DNA of 30,766 nucleotides from a virus (lineage: Duplodnaviria; Heunggongvirae; Uroviricota; Caudoviricetes), in the IMG/VR virus record IMGVR_UViG_2537561688_000008; one strand, given 5' to 3'. Of the stretch, positions 20,201 to 29,472 are shown one piece after another (positions within the stretch are counted from its first letter, which is position 1; each line of letters begins with the position of its first letter). The notes beneath the pieces were generated by a model. The model made no database searches and was not told the DNA's origin. It worked only from the letters and a program-made list of their open reading frames with translations. Both the position numbers and the translations under genes were made by a program.

Positions 20201-21067
20201 ATGGTCCGTTTTAACTTACTAGAAAATGCGTTGGATTCAGTGGAAACCGGGCTGGACTACTTTAACAAAGCGCTAGAAGGGCATGATCGACGTGACTACA
20301 AACAGTGCCTGCTTAACCTCTTTCAGGCCGCTGAGCTATTGTTGAAGGCCGTAGTTTCGCGCAATGGGTCTGGAGCGATTTTTAATCCAGCATCGCTTCA
20401 AGAAAAATGTGTGGATCCGGCGCATCCAACCGAGTCAGAATTACACCAGTGTAAATCTGTCAACGTCAACCAGCTTTGTAAGCTGTTAAAGACATATTAC
20501 CCAGCCGAATTTTCTGAATCTGCATTACAAATGATGAAAACGGTGGGTCAGTTGCGTAATAACCTTCAGCATTTTGCCCTTGAGGTTCGTCCGCAAGAAC
20601 TGGCAATGCAACTGAGTGAACTGTACCAACAAATTTTTCGTCCCGCATTCGTCATAATTCAGTCAGATGAGACCGAAAATTCATGGAACTCTGATTTACG
20701 TCAAGACATCATCGCTCTTGAGCAACAATTCCTTGATATAACTGTTAACCAGGAATACACCCTTGCACTTTGTCCCGTTTGTGAGAGTTTTTCACATTTT
20801 ATCCTTTACCAAAGTGAAAGCTTTCCGGCACGGACTCACTGTATCTGTTGTGGTTTCAGCCTGAATAATCTGCAAACTTGGGATTTTCAGGAATGTCCTG
20901 AATGTAGTGTCCCATCCGTAATTTATTTACCGGAACAAAGGGTCGGTGTCTGTCTCTGGTATAAATGTGAATACAGCAAGATGGATGGTTTTGTTCCTAT
21001 GGAGCCTTGTGAATGTGGTGCATTCCGGATGGAAGGTCATTGCAGTAACTGCGATCTTGAGGAATAG
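20201..21067 (+). CDS. Hypothetical protein with N-terminal HEPN-like helical domain (Rx4H motif) and C-terminal cysteine-rich (multi-CxxC) zinc-ribbon-like region (cargo island 2)
   Basis: Intact 288-aa ORF. Helical N-terminal part contains LRNNLQHF (R-x4-H). The C-terminal ~110 aa carry paired cysteines (CPVC, CICC, CPEC, C-x-C, CSNC). AT-rich. Confidence 0.65.
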   Translation: MVRFNLLENALDSVETGLDYFNKALEGHDRRDYKQCLLNLFQAAELLLKAVVSRNGSGAIFNPASLQEKCVDPAHPTESELHQCKSVNVNQLCKLLKTYYPAEFSESALQMMKTVGQLRNNLQHFALEVRPQELAMQLSELYQQIFRPAFVIIQSDETENSWNSDLRQDIIALEQQFLDITVNQEYTLALCPVCESFSHFILYQSESFPARTHCICCGFSLNNLQTWDFQECPECSVPSVIYLPEQRVGVCLWYKCEYSKMDGFVPMEPCECGAFRMEGHCSNCDLEE

Positions 21068-21430
21068 TAAAATCGTCCGATGAGAATGTACAGCAGCCTG
21101 GTCGATGATTTCTTGATGAATCGCTGAATTATCCGGTATTACTTGACAACTAAATCGCACATTTCTGTTTCTGGCAATTTGAAAGGTTTACTCTATGCCC
21201 CAGAATTCAGCACATACATAAAAACACCATTTCAGAACGCGTCTTGATCCAAAGAACGACTGTATGATAGATAGGCGTCGTCGTGAGGACAGGAATGATC
21301 TACCCCCCGTTATTCATACAGAATGCTGTTAGTAATGTCCGCAGATCGCTCAAAGCAGACTGTCAGATTTGATAGCGTTTGGGCTATGTAAGTAGCCAGT
21401 TGGAGAATGAGTGAGTGCAAATCAGGACTG

Positions 21431-21460
21431 GCGGGCGAATTGCCCGCATTTTCTTTATCT
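21431..21460 (+). terminator. Rho-independent terminator between cargo island 2 and the FI operon
   Basis: GCGGGC-gaatt-GCCCGC stem-loop followed by attttctttatct (T-rich). Confidence 0.5.
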
Positions 21461-21552
21461 GTTGTTTCATCCACTGACCAGCCAGGTCAAATAGCGTCTC
21501 ATGCACTGCCCAACAGAAAATAGTTGCACCCATTAACCACGGAGTTAAACGG

Positions 21553-22743
21553 ATGAGTGACTATCATCACGGCGTGCAGGTGCTGGAGATTAACGACGGC
21601 ACCCGCGTCATTTCCACTGTATCCACTGCCATTGTCGGCATGGTCTGCACGGCCAGCGATGCGGATGCGGAAACCTTCCCCCTCAATAAACCTGTGCTGA
21701 TTACCAATGTGCAGAGCGCAATTGCAAAGGCCGGTAAAAAAGGCACGCTGGCGGCATCGTTGCAGGCCATCGCTGACCAGTCAAAACCGGTCACCGTTGT
21801 CGTGCGCGTGGAAGACGGCACCGGCGACGACGAAGAAACGAAACTTGCGCAGACCGTTTCCAATATCATCGGCACCACCGACGAAAACGGTCAGTACACC
21901 GGACTGAAAGCCCTGCTGGCGGCGGAGTCAGTAACCGGTGTTAAACCGCGTATTCTCGGCGTGCCGGGACTGGACACCAAAGAGGTGGCTGTTGCACTGG
22001 CATCAGTCTGTCAGAAGCTGCGCGCTTTCGGGTATATCAGCGCATGGGGCTGTAAAACCATTTCCGAGGTGAAAGCCTACCGCCAGAATTTCAGCCAGCG
22101 TGAGCTGATGGTCATCTGGCCGGATTTCCTCGCATGGGATACGGTCAGCAGCACCACCGCCACCGCGTATGCCACCGCCCGTGCGCTGGGGCTGCGTGCT
22201 AAAATCGACCAGGAGCAGGGCTGGCATAAAACGTTGTCCAACGTCGGGGTAAATGGTGTTACCGGCATCAGCGCATCTGTATTCTGGGATTTGCAGGAGT
22301 TCGGCACCGATGCTGACCTGCTTAACGAGTCAGGCGTCACTACGCTGATTCGCCGCGACGGTTTCCGCTTCTGGGGTAACCGTACCTGCTCTGATGACCC
22401 GCTGTTCCTCTTTGAAAACTATACCCGCACCGCGCAGGTGCTGGCCGACACGATGGCTGAGGCGCACATGTGGGCGGTGGACAAGCCCATCACCGCAACG
22501 CTGATTCGCGACATCGTTGACGGCATCAATGCCAAATTCGTGAGCTGAAAACAAACGGCTATATCGTGGATGCGACCTGCTGGTTCAGCGAAGAATCCAA
22601 CGATGCGGAAACCCTCAAGGCCGGAAAACTGTATATCGACTACGACTATACACCGGTGCCTCCTCTTGAAAACCTGACCCTGCGCCAGCGTATTACCGAT
22701 AAATACCTGGCAAATCTGGTCACTTCGGTTAACAGCAATTAAG
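21553..22743 (+). pseudogene. FI: tail sheath protein (P2 gpFI-like) with C-terminal frameshift
   Basis: 331-aa ORF (21553-22548) is followed without a gap by a second frame encoding ...ELKTNGYIVDATCWFSEESNDAETLKAGKLYIDYDYTPVPP... up to 22743; the combined span matches a ~396-aa sheath protein. Confidence 0.7.
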
Positions 22744-22754
22744 GAGCCTGACCG

Positions 22755-23273
22755 ATGGCAATGCCGCGCAAACTCAAGTTAATGAACGTCTTTCTGAACG
22801 GCTACAGCTATCAGGGCGTTGCAAAGTCCGTCACGCTGCCAAAACTGACCCGTAAGCTCGAAAACTATCGCGGTGCGGGGATGAACGGCAGCGCACCGGT
22901 AGACCTCGGCCTTGATGACGATGCGCTGTCAATGGAGTGGTCGCTCGGTGGCTTCCCGGATTCGGTTATCTGGGAGCTTTACGCCGCAACCGGCGTGGAT
23001 GCCGTCCCGATTCGTTTTGCAGGCTCTTACCAGCGTGACGATACCGGCGAAACGGTGGCCGTCGAGGTGGTCATGCGTGGACGTCAGAAAGAAATCGACA
23101 CCGGCGAGGGTAAACAGGGAGAAGACACCGAGTCGAAAATCTCCGTGGTCTGCACCTCTTTCCGGCTGACGATGGACGGTAAGGAGCTGGTCGAAATCGA
23201 CACCATCAACATGATTGAGAAGGTGAACGGCGTCGACCGGCTGGAGCAACACCGCCGCAATATCGGCCTGTGA
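22755..23273 (+). CDS. FII: tail tube protein (P2 gpFII-like)
   Basis: 172-aa ORF directly after the sheath gene. Confidence 0.85.
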   Translation: MAMPRKLKLMNVFLNGYSYQGVAKSVTLPKLTRKLENYRGAGMNGSAPVDLGLDDDALSMEWSLGGFPDSVIWELYAATGVDAVPIRFAGSYQRDDTGETVAVEVVMRGRQKEIDTGEGKQGEDTESKISVVCTSFRLTMDGKELVEIDTINMIEKVNGVDRLEQHRRNIGL

Positions 23274-23329
23274 TTTTCATCCGGTCAGCCAGGCTGACCG
23301 GTTAACCCCGATTCAGAAGTGAGAAAACC

Positions 23330-23605
23330 ATGGACAAAGAAAATGTCATTACCCTGGAAAATCCGGTCAAACGTGGTGAGCAGGTCATCGAACAGGTCAC
23401 GCTGATGAAACCCAATGCCGGGACGCTGCGCGGTGTCAGTCTGGCAGCGGTCGCAAACTCCGAAGTCGATGCACTGATTAAGGTGCTGCCGCGCATGACT
23501 GCACCGATGCTGACCGAGCAGGAAGTCGCCGCACTGGAACTGCCTGACCTTGTGGCGCTGGCCGGTAAGGTGGTCGGTTTTTTGTCGCCGAACTCGGTGC
23601 AGTGA
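23330..23605 (+). CDS. E: tail assembly chaperone (P2 gpE-like)
   Basis: 91-aa ORF upstream of the tape measure gene. Confidence 0.8.
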   Translation: MDKENVITLENPVKRGEQVIEQVTLMKPNAGTLRGVSLAAVANSEVDALIKVLPRMTAPMLTEQEVAALELPDLVALAGKVVGFLSPNSVQ

Positions 23606-23757
23606 CGTTCCCGAAAAATCTGTCGGTCGATGACCTGATGGCGGATGTGGCAGTGATATTTCACTGGCCGCCATCAGAACTGTATCCCATGAGCCTGACC
23701 GAACTCATCACATGGCGCGAAAAGGCGCTCCGGCGAAGCGGAAACACGAATGAGTAA
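23330..23757 (+). CDS. E': E+E' frameshift-extended tail chaperone (programmed -1 frameshift)
   Basis: A run of six T followed by G (23578-23584) lies 6 codons before the E stop. The -1 frame stays open from there to TAA at 23755-23757, overlapping the start of T. This mirrors the conserved chaperone frameshift upstream of tape measure genes. Confidence 0.55.
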
Positions 23758-26197
23758 CAATGTAAAATTACAGGTATTGCTCAGGGCTGTTGACCAGGCA
23801 TCCCGCCCGTTTAAATCCATCCGCACAGCGAGCAAATCGCTGTCGGGGGATATCCGGGAAACACAAAAATCACTGCGCGAGCTGAACGGTCACGCATCCC
23901 GTATTGAGGGATTTCGCAAGACCAGTGCACAGCTCGCCGTGACTGGTCATGCACTTGAAAAGGCACGGCAGGAGGCCGAAGCCCTTGCCACACAGTTTAA
24001 AAACACCGAACGTCCGACACGTGCTCAGGCGAAAGTGCTGGAATCCGCGAAGCGTGCGGCGGAGGACTTACAGGCGAAATATAACCGCCTGACGGATTCC
24101 GTTAAACGCCAGCAGCGGGAACTGGCCGTTGTGGGAATTAATACCCGCAATCTTGCACATGATGAGCAGGGGCTGAAAAACCGTATCAGTGAAACCACCG
24201 CACAGCTTAACCGTCAGCGCGACGCACTGGCGCGTGTCAGTGCACAACAGGCAAAACTTAACGCAGTCAAACAGCGTTATCAGGCCGGAAAGGAACTGGC
24301 CGGAAATATGGCCTCAGTGGGCGCTGCCGGTGTGGGGATTGCTGCTGCGGGAACGATGGTCGGTGTTAAGCTGCTGATGCCCGGTTATGAGTTTGCGCAG
24401 AAAAACTCAGAATTGCAGGCCGTGCTCGGTGTGGCAAAAGACTCCGCCGAAATGGCCGCGCTCCGCAAGCAGGCGCGCCAGCTCGGCGACAATACCGCAG
24501 CCTCGGCAGATGATGCAGCCGGTGCTCAGATTATTATTGCGAAAGCCGGTGGGGATGTTGATGCCATTCAGGCGGCAACGCCGGTCACGTTGAACATGGC
24601 GCTGGCGAACCGTCGCACGATGGAAGAAAACGCCGCCCTGCTGATGGGGATGAAATCCGCCTTTCAGCTTTCAAACGATAAGGTCGCTCATATCGGGGAT
24701 GTTCTCTCCATGACGATGAACAAAACCGCCGCCGATTTTGACGGCATGAGCGATGCGCTGACCTATGCCGCACCTGTGGCAAAAAATGCCGGTGTCAGCA
24801 TTGAAGAAACCGCCGCAATGGTCGGGGCGCTGCATGATGCAAAAATCACAGGCTCAATGGCGGGGACGGGAAGCCGTGCCGTGTTAAGCCGCCTGCAGGC
24901 ACCGACGGGAAAAGCATGGGATGCACTCAAAGAGCTTGGAGTGAAAACCTCAGACAGCAAGGGAAACACCCGGCCAATATTTACCATTCTGAAAGAAATG
25001 CAGGCCAGTTTTGAGAAAAACCGGCTCGGTACTGCCCAGCAGGCTGAATACATGAAAACCATTTTCGGGGAGGAGGCCAGCTCAGCCGCCGCTGTGCTGA
25101 TGACTGCCGCCTCAACCGGAAAGCTGGACAAACTGACCGCTGCGTTTAAAGCCTCAGACGGGAAGACCGCAGAGCTGGTAAATATCATGCAGGACAACCT
25201 CGGCGGTGACTTTAAGGAGTTTCAGTCCGCTTATGAGGCGGTGGGGACTGACCTGTTTGACCAGCAGGAAGGCGCACTGCGTAATCTCACGCAGACGGCC
25301 ACAAAGTATGTGTTAAAACTCGACGGCTGGATCCAGAAAAACAAATCACTGGCGTCAACCATCGGCATCATTGTCGGTGGTGCACTGGCACTGATTGGTG
25401 TCATCGGTGCCATTGGCCTCGTAGCCTGGCCGGTTATCACCGGCATCAATGCCATCATCGCGGCAGCAGGCGCAATGGGGGCAGTCTTCACGACGGTTGG
25501 CAGTGCTGTTATGACCGCCATCGGGGCGATTAGCTGGCCGGTTGTGGCCGTGGTGGCCGCCATTGTCGCCGGGGCGTTGCTTATCCGTAAATACTGGGAG
25601 CCTGTCAGCGCATTCTTTGGCGGTGTGGTGGAAGGGCTGAAAGCGGCATTTGCGCCGGTGGGGGAACTATTCACGCCACTTAAGCTGGTGTTCGACTGGC
25701 TGGGCGAAAAGTTACAGGCCGCGTGGCAGTGGTTTAAAAACCTGATTGCCCCGGTCAAAGCCACCCAGGACACCCTGAACCGTTGCCGTGACACGGGCGT
25801 CATGTTCGGGCAGGCACTGGCTGACGCGCTGATGCTGCCGCTTAATGCGTTCAACAAACTGCGCAGTGGTATTGACTGGGTACTGGAAAAACTCGGCGTC
25901 ATCAACAAAGAGTCAGGCACGCTTGACCAGACCGCCGCCAGAACTCATGCCGCCACGTATGGCACCGGTGGTTATATTCCGGCGACCAGCTCTTATGCAG
26001 GTTATCAGGCTTATCAGCCGGTCACGGCACCGGCTGGCCGCTCTTATGTAGACCAGAGTAAAAACGAATATCACATCAGCCTGACGGGTGGTACTGCGCC
26101 GGGGACACAGCTCGACCGCCAGTTACAGGATGCACTCGAAAAATACGAGCGGGATAAACGTGCGCGCGCCCGTGCCAGCATGATGCATGACGGTTAA
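23750..26197 (+). CDS. T: tail tape measure protein (P2 gpT-like)
   Basis: 815-aa ORF with a coiled-coil N-terminus and Gly/Ala-rich hydrophobic segments; correct position. Confidence 0.9.
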   Translation: MSNNVKLQVLLRAVDQASRPFKSIRTASKSLSGDIRETQKSLRELNGHASRIEGFRKTSAQLAVTGHALEKARQEAEALATQFKNTERPTRAQAKVLESAKRAAEDLQAKYNRLTDSVKRQQRELAVVGINTRNLAHDEQGLKNRISETTAQLNRQRDALARVSAQQAKLNAVKQRYQAGKELAGNMASVGAAGVGIAAAGTMVGVKLLMPGYEFAQKNSELQAVLGVAKDSAEMAALRKQARQLGDNTAASADDAAGAQIIIAKAGGDVDAIQAATPVTLNMALANRRTMEENAALLMGMKSAFQLSNDKVAHIGDVLSMTMNKTAADFDGMSDALTYAAPVAKNAGVSIEETAAMVGALHDAKITGSMAGTGSRAVLSRLQAPTGKAWDALKELGVKTSDSKGNTRPIFTILKEMQASFEKNRLGTAQQAEYMKTIFGEEASSAAAVLMTAASTGKLDKLTAAFKASDGKTAELVNIMQDNLGGDFKEFQSAYEAVGTDLFDQQEGALRNLTQTATKYVLKLDGWIQKNKSLASTIGIIVGGALALIGVIGAIGLVAWPVITGINAIIAAAGAMGAVFTTVGSAVMTAIGAISWPVVAVVAAIVAGALLIRKYWEPVSAFFGGVVEGLKAAFAPVGELFTPLKLVFDWLGEKLQAAWQWFKNLIAPVKATQDTLNRCRDTGVMFGQALADALMLPLNAFNKLRSGIDWVLEKLGVINKESGTLDQTAARTHAATYGTGGYIPATSSYAGYQAYQPVTAPAGRSYVDQSKNEYHISLTGGTAPGTQLDRQLQDALEKYERDKRARARASMMHDG

Positions 26198-26211
26198 GGA
26201 GGTGACGAAAA

Positions 26212-26691
26212 ATGATGCTCGCGTTAGGTATGTTTGTTTTTATGCGCCAGACGCTGCCACACCAGACCATGCAGCGTGAATCAGATTATCGCTGGCCGTC
26301 AAATTCCCGTATCGGTAAACGGGACGCTTTTCAGTTTCTCGGTGTGGGTGAGGAAAACATCACGCTTGCCGGTGTGCTTTATCCCGAACTGACCGGCGGC
26401 AAGCTGACGATGACCACGCTCAGGCTGATGGCAGAGGAGGGGCGGGCGTGGCCGTTGCTGGATGGCACCGGCATGATTTACGGCATGTATGTCATCAGCA
26501 GGGTGAGTGAAACAGGGAGTATTTTCTTTGCAGACGGCACACCCCGGAAAATTGATTTTACGCTGTCGCTTACCCGCGTTGATGAATCACTGGCCGCGCT
26601 TTATGGCGATATCGGTAAACAGGCGGAATCGCTCATCGGTAAGGCTGGCAGTATGGCGACTAAATTCACGGGTATGACGGGGGCGGGATAA
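26212..26691 (+). CDS. U: tail protein (P2 gpU-like)
   Basis: 159-aa ORF after T. Confidence 0.85.
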   Translation: MMLALGMFVFMRQTLPHQTMQRESDYRWPSNSRIGKRDAFQFLGVGEENITLAGVLYPELTGGKLTMTTLRLMAEEGRAWPLLDGTGMIYGMYVISRVSETGSIFFADGTPRKIDFTLSLTRVDESLAALYGDIGKQAESLIGKAGSMATKFTGMTGAG

Positions 26692-27854
26692 TGCTGGATG
26701 CACTGACATTTGATGCAGGCAGTACGCTGACGCCGGATTACATGCTGATGCTCGACAGCAGGGATATTACCGGCAATATCAGCGACCGTCTGATGAGCAT
26801 GACCCTGACGGATAACCGGGGCTTTGAGGCTGACCAGCTTGATATTGAACTGAACGATGCCGACGGGCAGGTCGGGCTGCCGATTCGTGGCGCTGTCCTG
26901 ACGGTGTATATCGGCTGGAAAGGTTTTGCCCTGGTATGCAAAGGGAAATTTACCGTTGATGAGGTTGAACACCGGGGCGCGCCGGATGTGGTTACCATCC
27001 GCGCCCGGAGTGCAGATTTCCGCGGGACGCTTAATTCCCGCCGGGAAGGCTCCTGGCATGACACCACACTCGGTGCGATTGTTGAGGCGATAGCCTGTCG
27101 TAACAAGCTGGAAGCCAGTGTCGCTCCGTCACTGGCCGGAATTAAAATCCCGCACATCGACCAGTCGCAGGAGTCTGATGCGAAATTCCTGATCCGTCTT
27201 GCTGAACGCAACGGCGGTGAGGTGTCGGTAAAAATGGGAAAACTGTTGTTTCTTAAGGCGGGGCAGGGGGTGACGGCCAGTGGTAAAAAAATCCCGCAGA
27301 TTACCATCACCCGCAGCGACGGCGACCGTCATCATTTTGCGATTGCTGACCGTGGAGCCTACACCGGTGTAACGGCAAAATGGCTACACACCAAAGACCC
27401 GAAGCCTCAAAAGCAGAAGGTAAAACTGAAACGCAAAAAGAAAGAGAAACACCTGCGCGCACTGGAGCACCCGAAAGCGAAACCGGTCAGGCAGAAGAAA
27501 GCGCCTAAAGTACCGGAAGCGCGTGAAGGTGAATACATGGCCGGTGAGGCTGACAACGTTTTTGCCCTGACCACGGTATATGCCACGAAAGCACAGGCCA
27601 TGCGTGCCGCTCAGGCGAAGTGGGATAAGCTGCAACGGGGTGTAGCGGAGTTCTCCATCAGCCTGGCTACTGGTCGGGCAGATATTTACACGGAAACACC
27701 GGTTAAAGTGTCAGGCTTTAAGCGCGTCATAGACGAGCAGGACTGGACAATCACTAAGGTGACACATTTTCTGAATAACAGCGGCTTCACGACGTCCCTG
27801 GAGCTTGAGGTCAGGCTTTCTGATGTGAAGTACGAAACAGAAGATGATGAGTGA
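26691..27854 (+). CDS. D: tail protein (P2 gpD-like)
   Basis: 387-aa ORF overlapping the U stop. Confidence 0.85.
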   Translation: MLDALTFDAGSTLTPDYMLMLDSRDITGNISDRLMSMTLTDNRGFEADQLDIELNDADGQVGLPIRGAVLTVYIGWKGFALVCKGKFTVDEVEHRGAPDVVTIRARSADFRGTLNSRREGSWHDTTLGAIVEAIACRNKLEASVAPSLAGIKIPHIDQSQESDAKFLIRLAERNGGEVSVKMGKLLFLKAGQGVTASGKKIPQITITRSDGDRHHFAIADRGAYTGVTAKWLHTKDPKPQKQKVKLKRKKKEKHLRALEHPKAKPVRQKKAPKVPEAREGEYMAGEADNVFALTTVYATKAQAMRAAQAKWDKLQRGVAEFSISLATGRADIYTETPVKVSGFKRVIDEQDWTITKVTHFLNNSGFTTSLELEVRLSDVKYETEDDE

Positions 27855-27935
27855 TGTTTTTATTTTATCTGTTTGTTTTATAAGGTTAAATTAACTAAAA
27901 TGGCACCATCAACAAAACCGGAAGAGGTGCTCGCG

Positions 27936-28153
27936 ATGTTTCATTGTCCTTTATGCCAGCATGCCGCACATGCGCGTACAAGTCGCTATATCACTGACAC
28001 GACAAAAGAGCGTTATCACCAGTGCAGAACGTGAATTGCAGCGCCACGTTCATCACTTATGAGTCGGTACAGCGATACATCGTGAAGCCGGGAGAAGTCC
28101 ACGCTGTAAGACCGCACCCGTTGCCGTCAGGGCAGCAAATTATGTGGATGTGA
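27936..28153 (+). pseudogene. ogr: late transcription activator Ogr (zinc-finger), frameshifted
   Basis: ATG at 27936 with GAAGAGG upstream encodes MFHCPLCQHAAHARTSRYITDTTKERYHQC, then stops after two more codons (28032-28034). The remainder (...NVNCSATFITYESVQRYIVKPGEVHAVRPHPLPSGQQIMWM) continues in the +1 frame to 28153. Confidence 0.65.
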
Positions 28154-28163
28154 TCACAAAAAT

Positions 28164-28190
28164 AGCCCCTCAGTTAAGGGGCTTTATTTA
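28164..28190 (+). terminator. Rho-independent terminator downstream of ogr
   Basis: AGCCCCT-cagtta-AGGGGCT stem-loop followed by ttattta. Confidence 0.5.
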
Positions 28191-28281
28191 TGGTCGATGT
28201 GGACGCTATGTGGACAGTGCTTGATATAAATCCATTTATATCATCAGGTTAGGTGCTTTTTTGTGACACCATCCCTGTCTT

Positions 28282-28309
28282 CCCCCACATGATGTGGGGT
28301 TTTTTTTTA
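28282..28309 (+). terminator. Strong rho-independent terminator upstream of fieF
   Basis: Near-perfect palindrome cccccacatgatgtgggg followed by nine T. It lies in host or junction DNA and may terminate either prophage read-through or the upstream host gene. Confidence 0.6.
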
Positions 28310-28389
28310 TCCTCAATTTGCCTGCTGCTTAATGCATTGCAGATGATTTGCTTCCGTTATACTAGCGTCAGTTGATAGCGGGAGTATTT

Positions 28390-29292
28390 ATGAATCAATC
28401 TTATGGACGGCTGGTCAGTTGGGCGGCGATTGCTGCGACGGCGATGGCTTCGTTGCTATTGCTGATTAAAATTTTTGCATGGTGGTATACCGGGTCGGTG
28501 AGTATTCTCGCCGCGCTGGTGGATTCGCTGGTGGATATCGGCGCGTCGTTGACGAATTTATTGGTGGTGCGATATTCCCTGCAACCTGCCGACGATAATC
28601 ACTCGTTTGGTCACGGTAAAGCTGAGTCCCTCGCGGCGCTGGCGCAAAGTATGTTTATCTCCGGTTCGGCACTATTCCTGTTTTTGACGGGTATTCAACA
28701 TCTGATATCTCCAACACCGATGACAGATCCAGGCGTCGGGGTTATCGTGACAATTGTGGCGCTAATTTGTACGATTATCCTTGTCTCGTTTCAGCGTTGG
28801 GTGGTGAGGCGGACGCAAAGCCAGGCGGTGCGGGCTGATATGCTACATTACCAGTCTGATGTTATGATGAACGGCGCAATTCTGCTGGCGCTGGGGTTGT
28901 CCTGGTACGGCTGGCATCGCGCCGATGCTCTGTTTGCATTGGGAATCGGCATCTATATTTTATATAGCGCGTTACGCATGGGATATGAGGCGGTACAGTC
29001 ATTACTGGATCGCGCATTGCCTGATGAGGAACGGCAAGAAATTATTGATATCGTGACTTCCTGGCCGGGTGTTAGCGGCGCTCACGATCTTCGCACGCGG
29101 CAGTCAGGGCCGACCCGCTTTATTCAGATTCATTTGGAAATGGAAGACTCTCTGCCTTTGGTTCAGGCACATATGGTGGCGGATCAGGTAGAGCAGGCTA
29201 TTTTACGGCGTTTTCCGGGATCGGATGTAATTATCCATCAGGACCCCTGTTCCGTCGTACCCAGGGAGGGTAAACGGTCTATGCTTTCATAA
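28390..29292 (+). CDS. fieF: cation-efflux (CDF family) ferrous iron / zinc transporter FieF (YiiP)
   Basis: Translation from the ATG at 28390 ([49 protein letters not shown]...) matches E. coli FieF as I recall it; track ORF 28372 starts a few codons earlier at TTG. Confidence 0.9.
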   Translation: MNQSYGRLVSWAAIAATAMASLLLLIKIFAWWYTGSVSILAALVDSLVDIGASLTNLLVVRYSLQPADDNHSFGHGKAESLAALAQSMFISGSALFLFLTGIQHLISPTPMTDPGVGVIVTIVALICTIILVSFQRWVVRRTQSQAVRADMLHYQSDVMMNGAILLALGLSWYGWHRADALFALGIGIYILYSALRMGYEAVQSLLDRALPDEERQEIIDIVTSWPGVSGAHDLRTRQSGPTRFIQIHLEMEDSLPLVQAHMVADQVEQAILRRFPGSDVIIHQDPCSVVPREGKRSMLS

Positions 29293-29472
29293 TCAGTATA
29301 AAAGAGAGCCAGACCCGCATTTTGTGTATAAAATACCGCCATTTGGCCTGACCTGAATCAATTCAGCAGGAAGTGATTGTTATACTATTTGCACATTCGT
29401 TGGATCACTTCGATGTGCAAGAAGACTTCCGGCAACAGATTTCATTTTGCATTCCAAAGTTCAGAGGTAGTC

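Noticed and set aside
21567-26270. Antisense ORFs inside FI, FII, E and T (for example 21567-21878, 22929-23252, 23285-23674, 24763-25197, 25231-25920)
   Set aside because: Shadow ORFs of the tail genes; the 25231-25920 translation is Ala/Ser/Thr-rich low complexity mirroring the Gly/Ala-rich tape measure sequence.
26601-27635. Antisense ORFs inside U and D (26601-27059, 26738-27310, 27384-27635)
   Set aside because: Overlap intact tail genes on the opposite strand; no start signals.
29377-29472. N-terminal extension of pfkA to the upstream ATG (track ORF 29377-30435)
   Set aside because: The recognisable PfkA N-terminus begins MIKKIGVL at 29473 with its own GAGG RBS; the extension is a read-through of the leader region.
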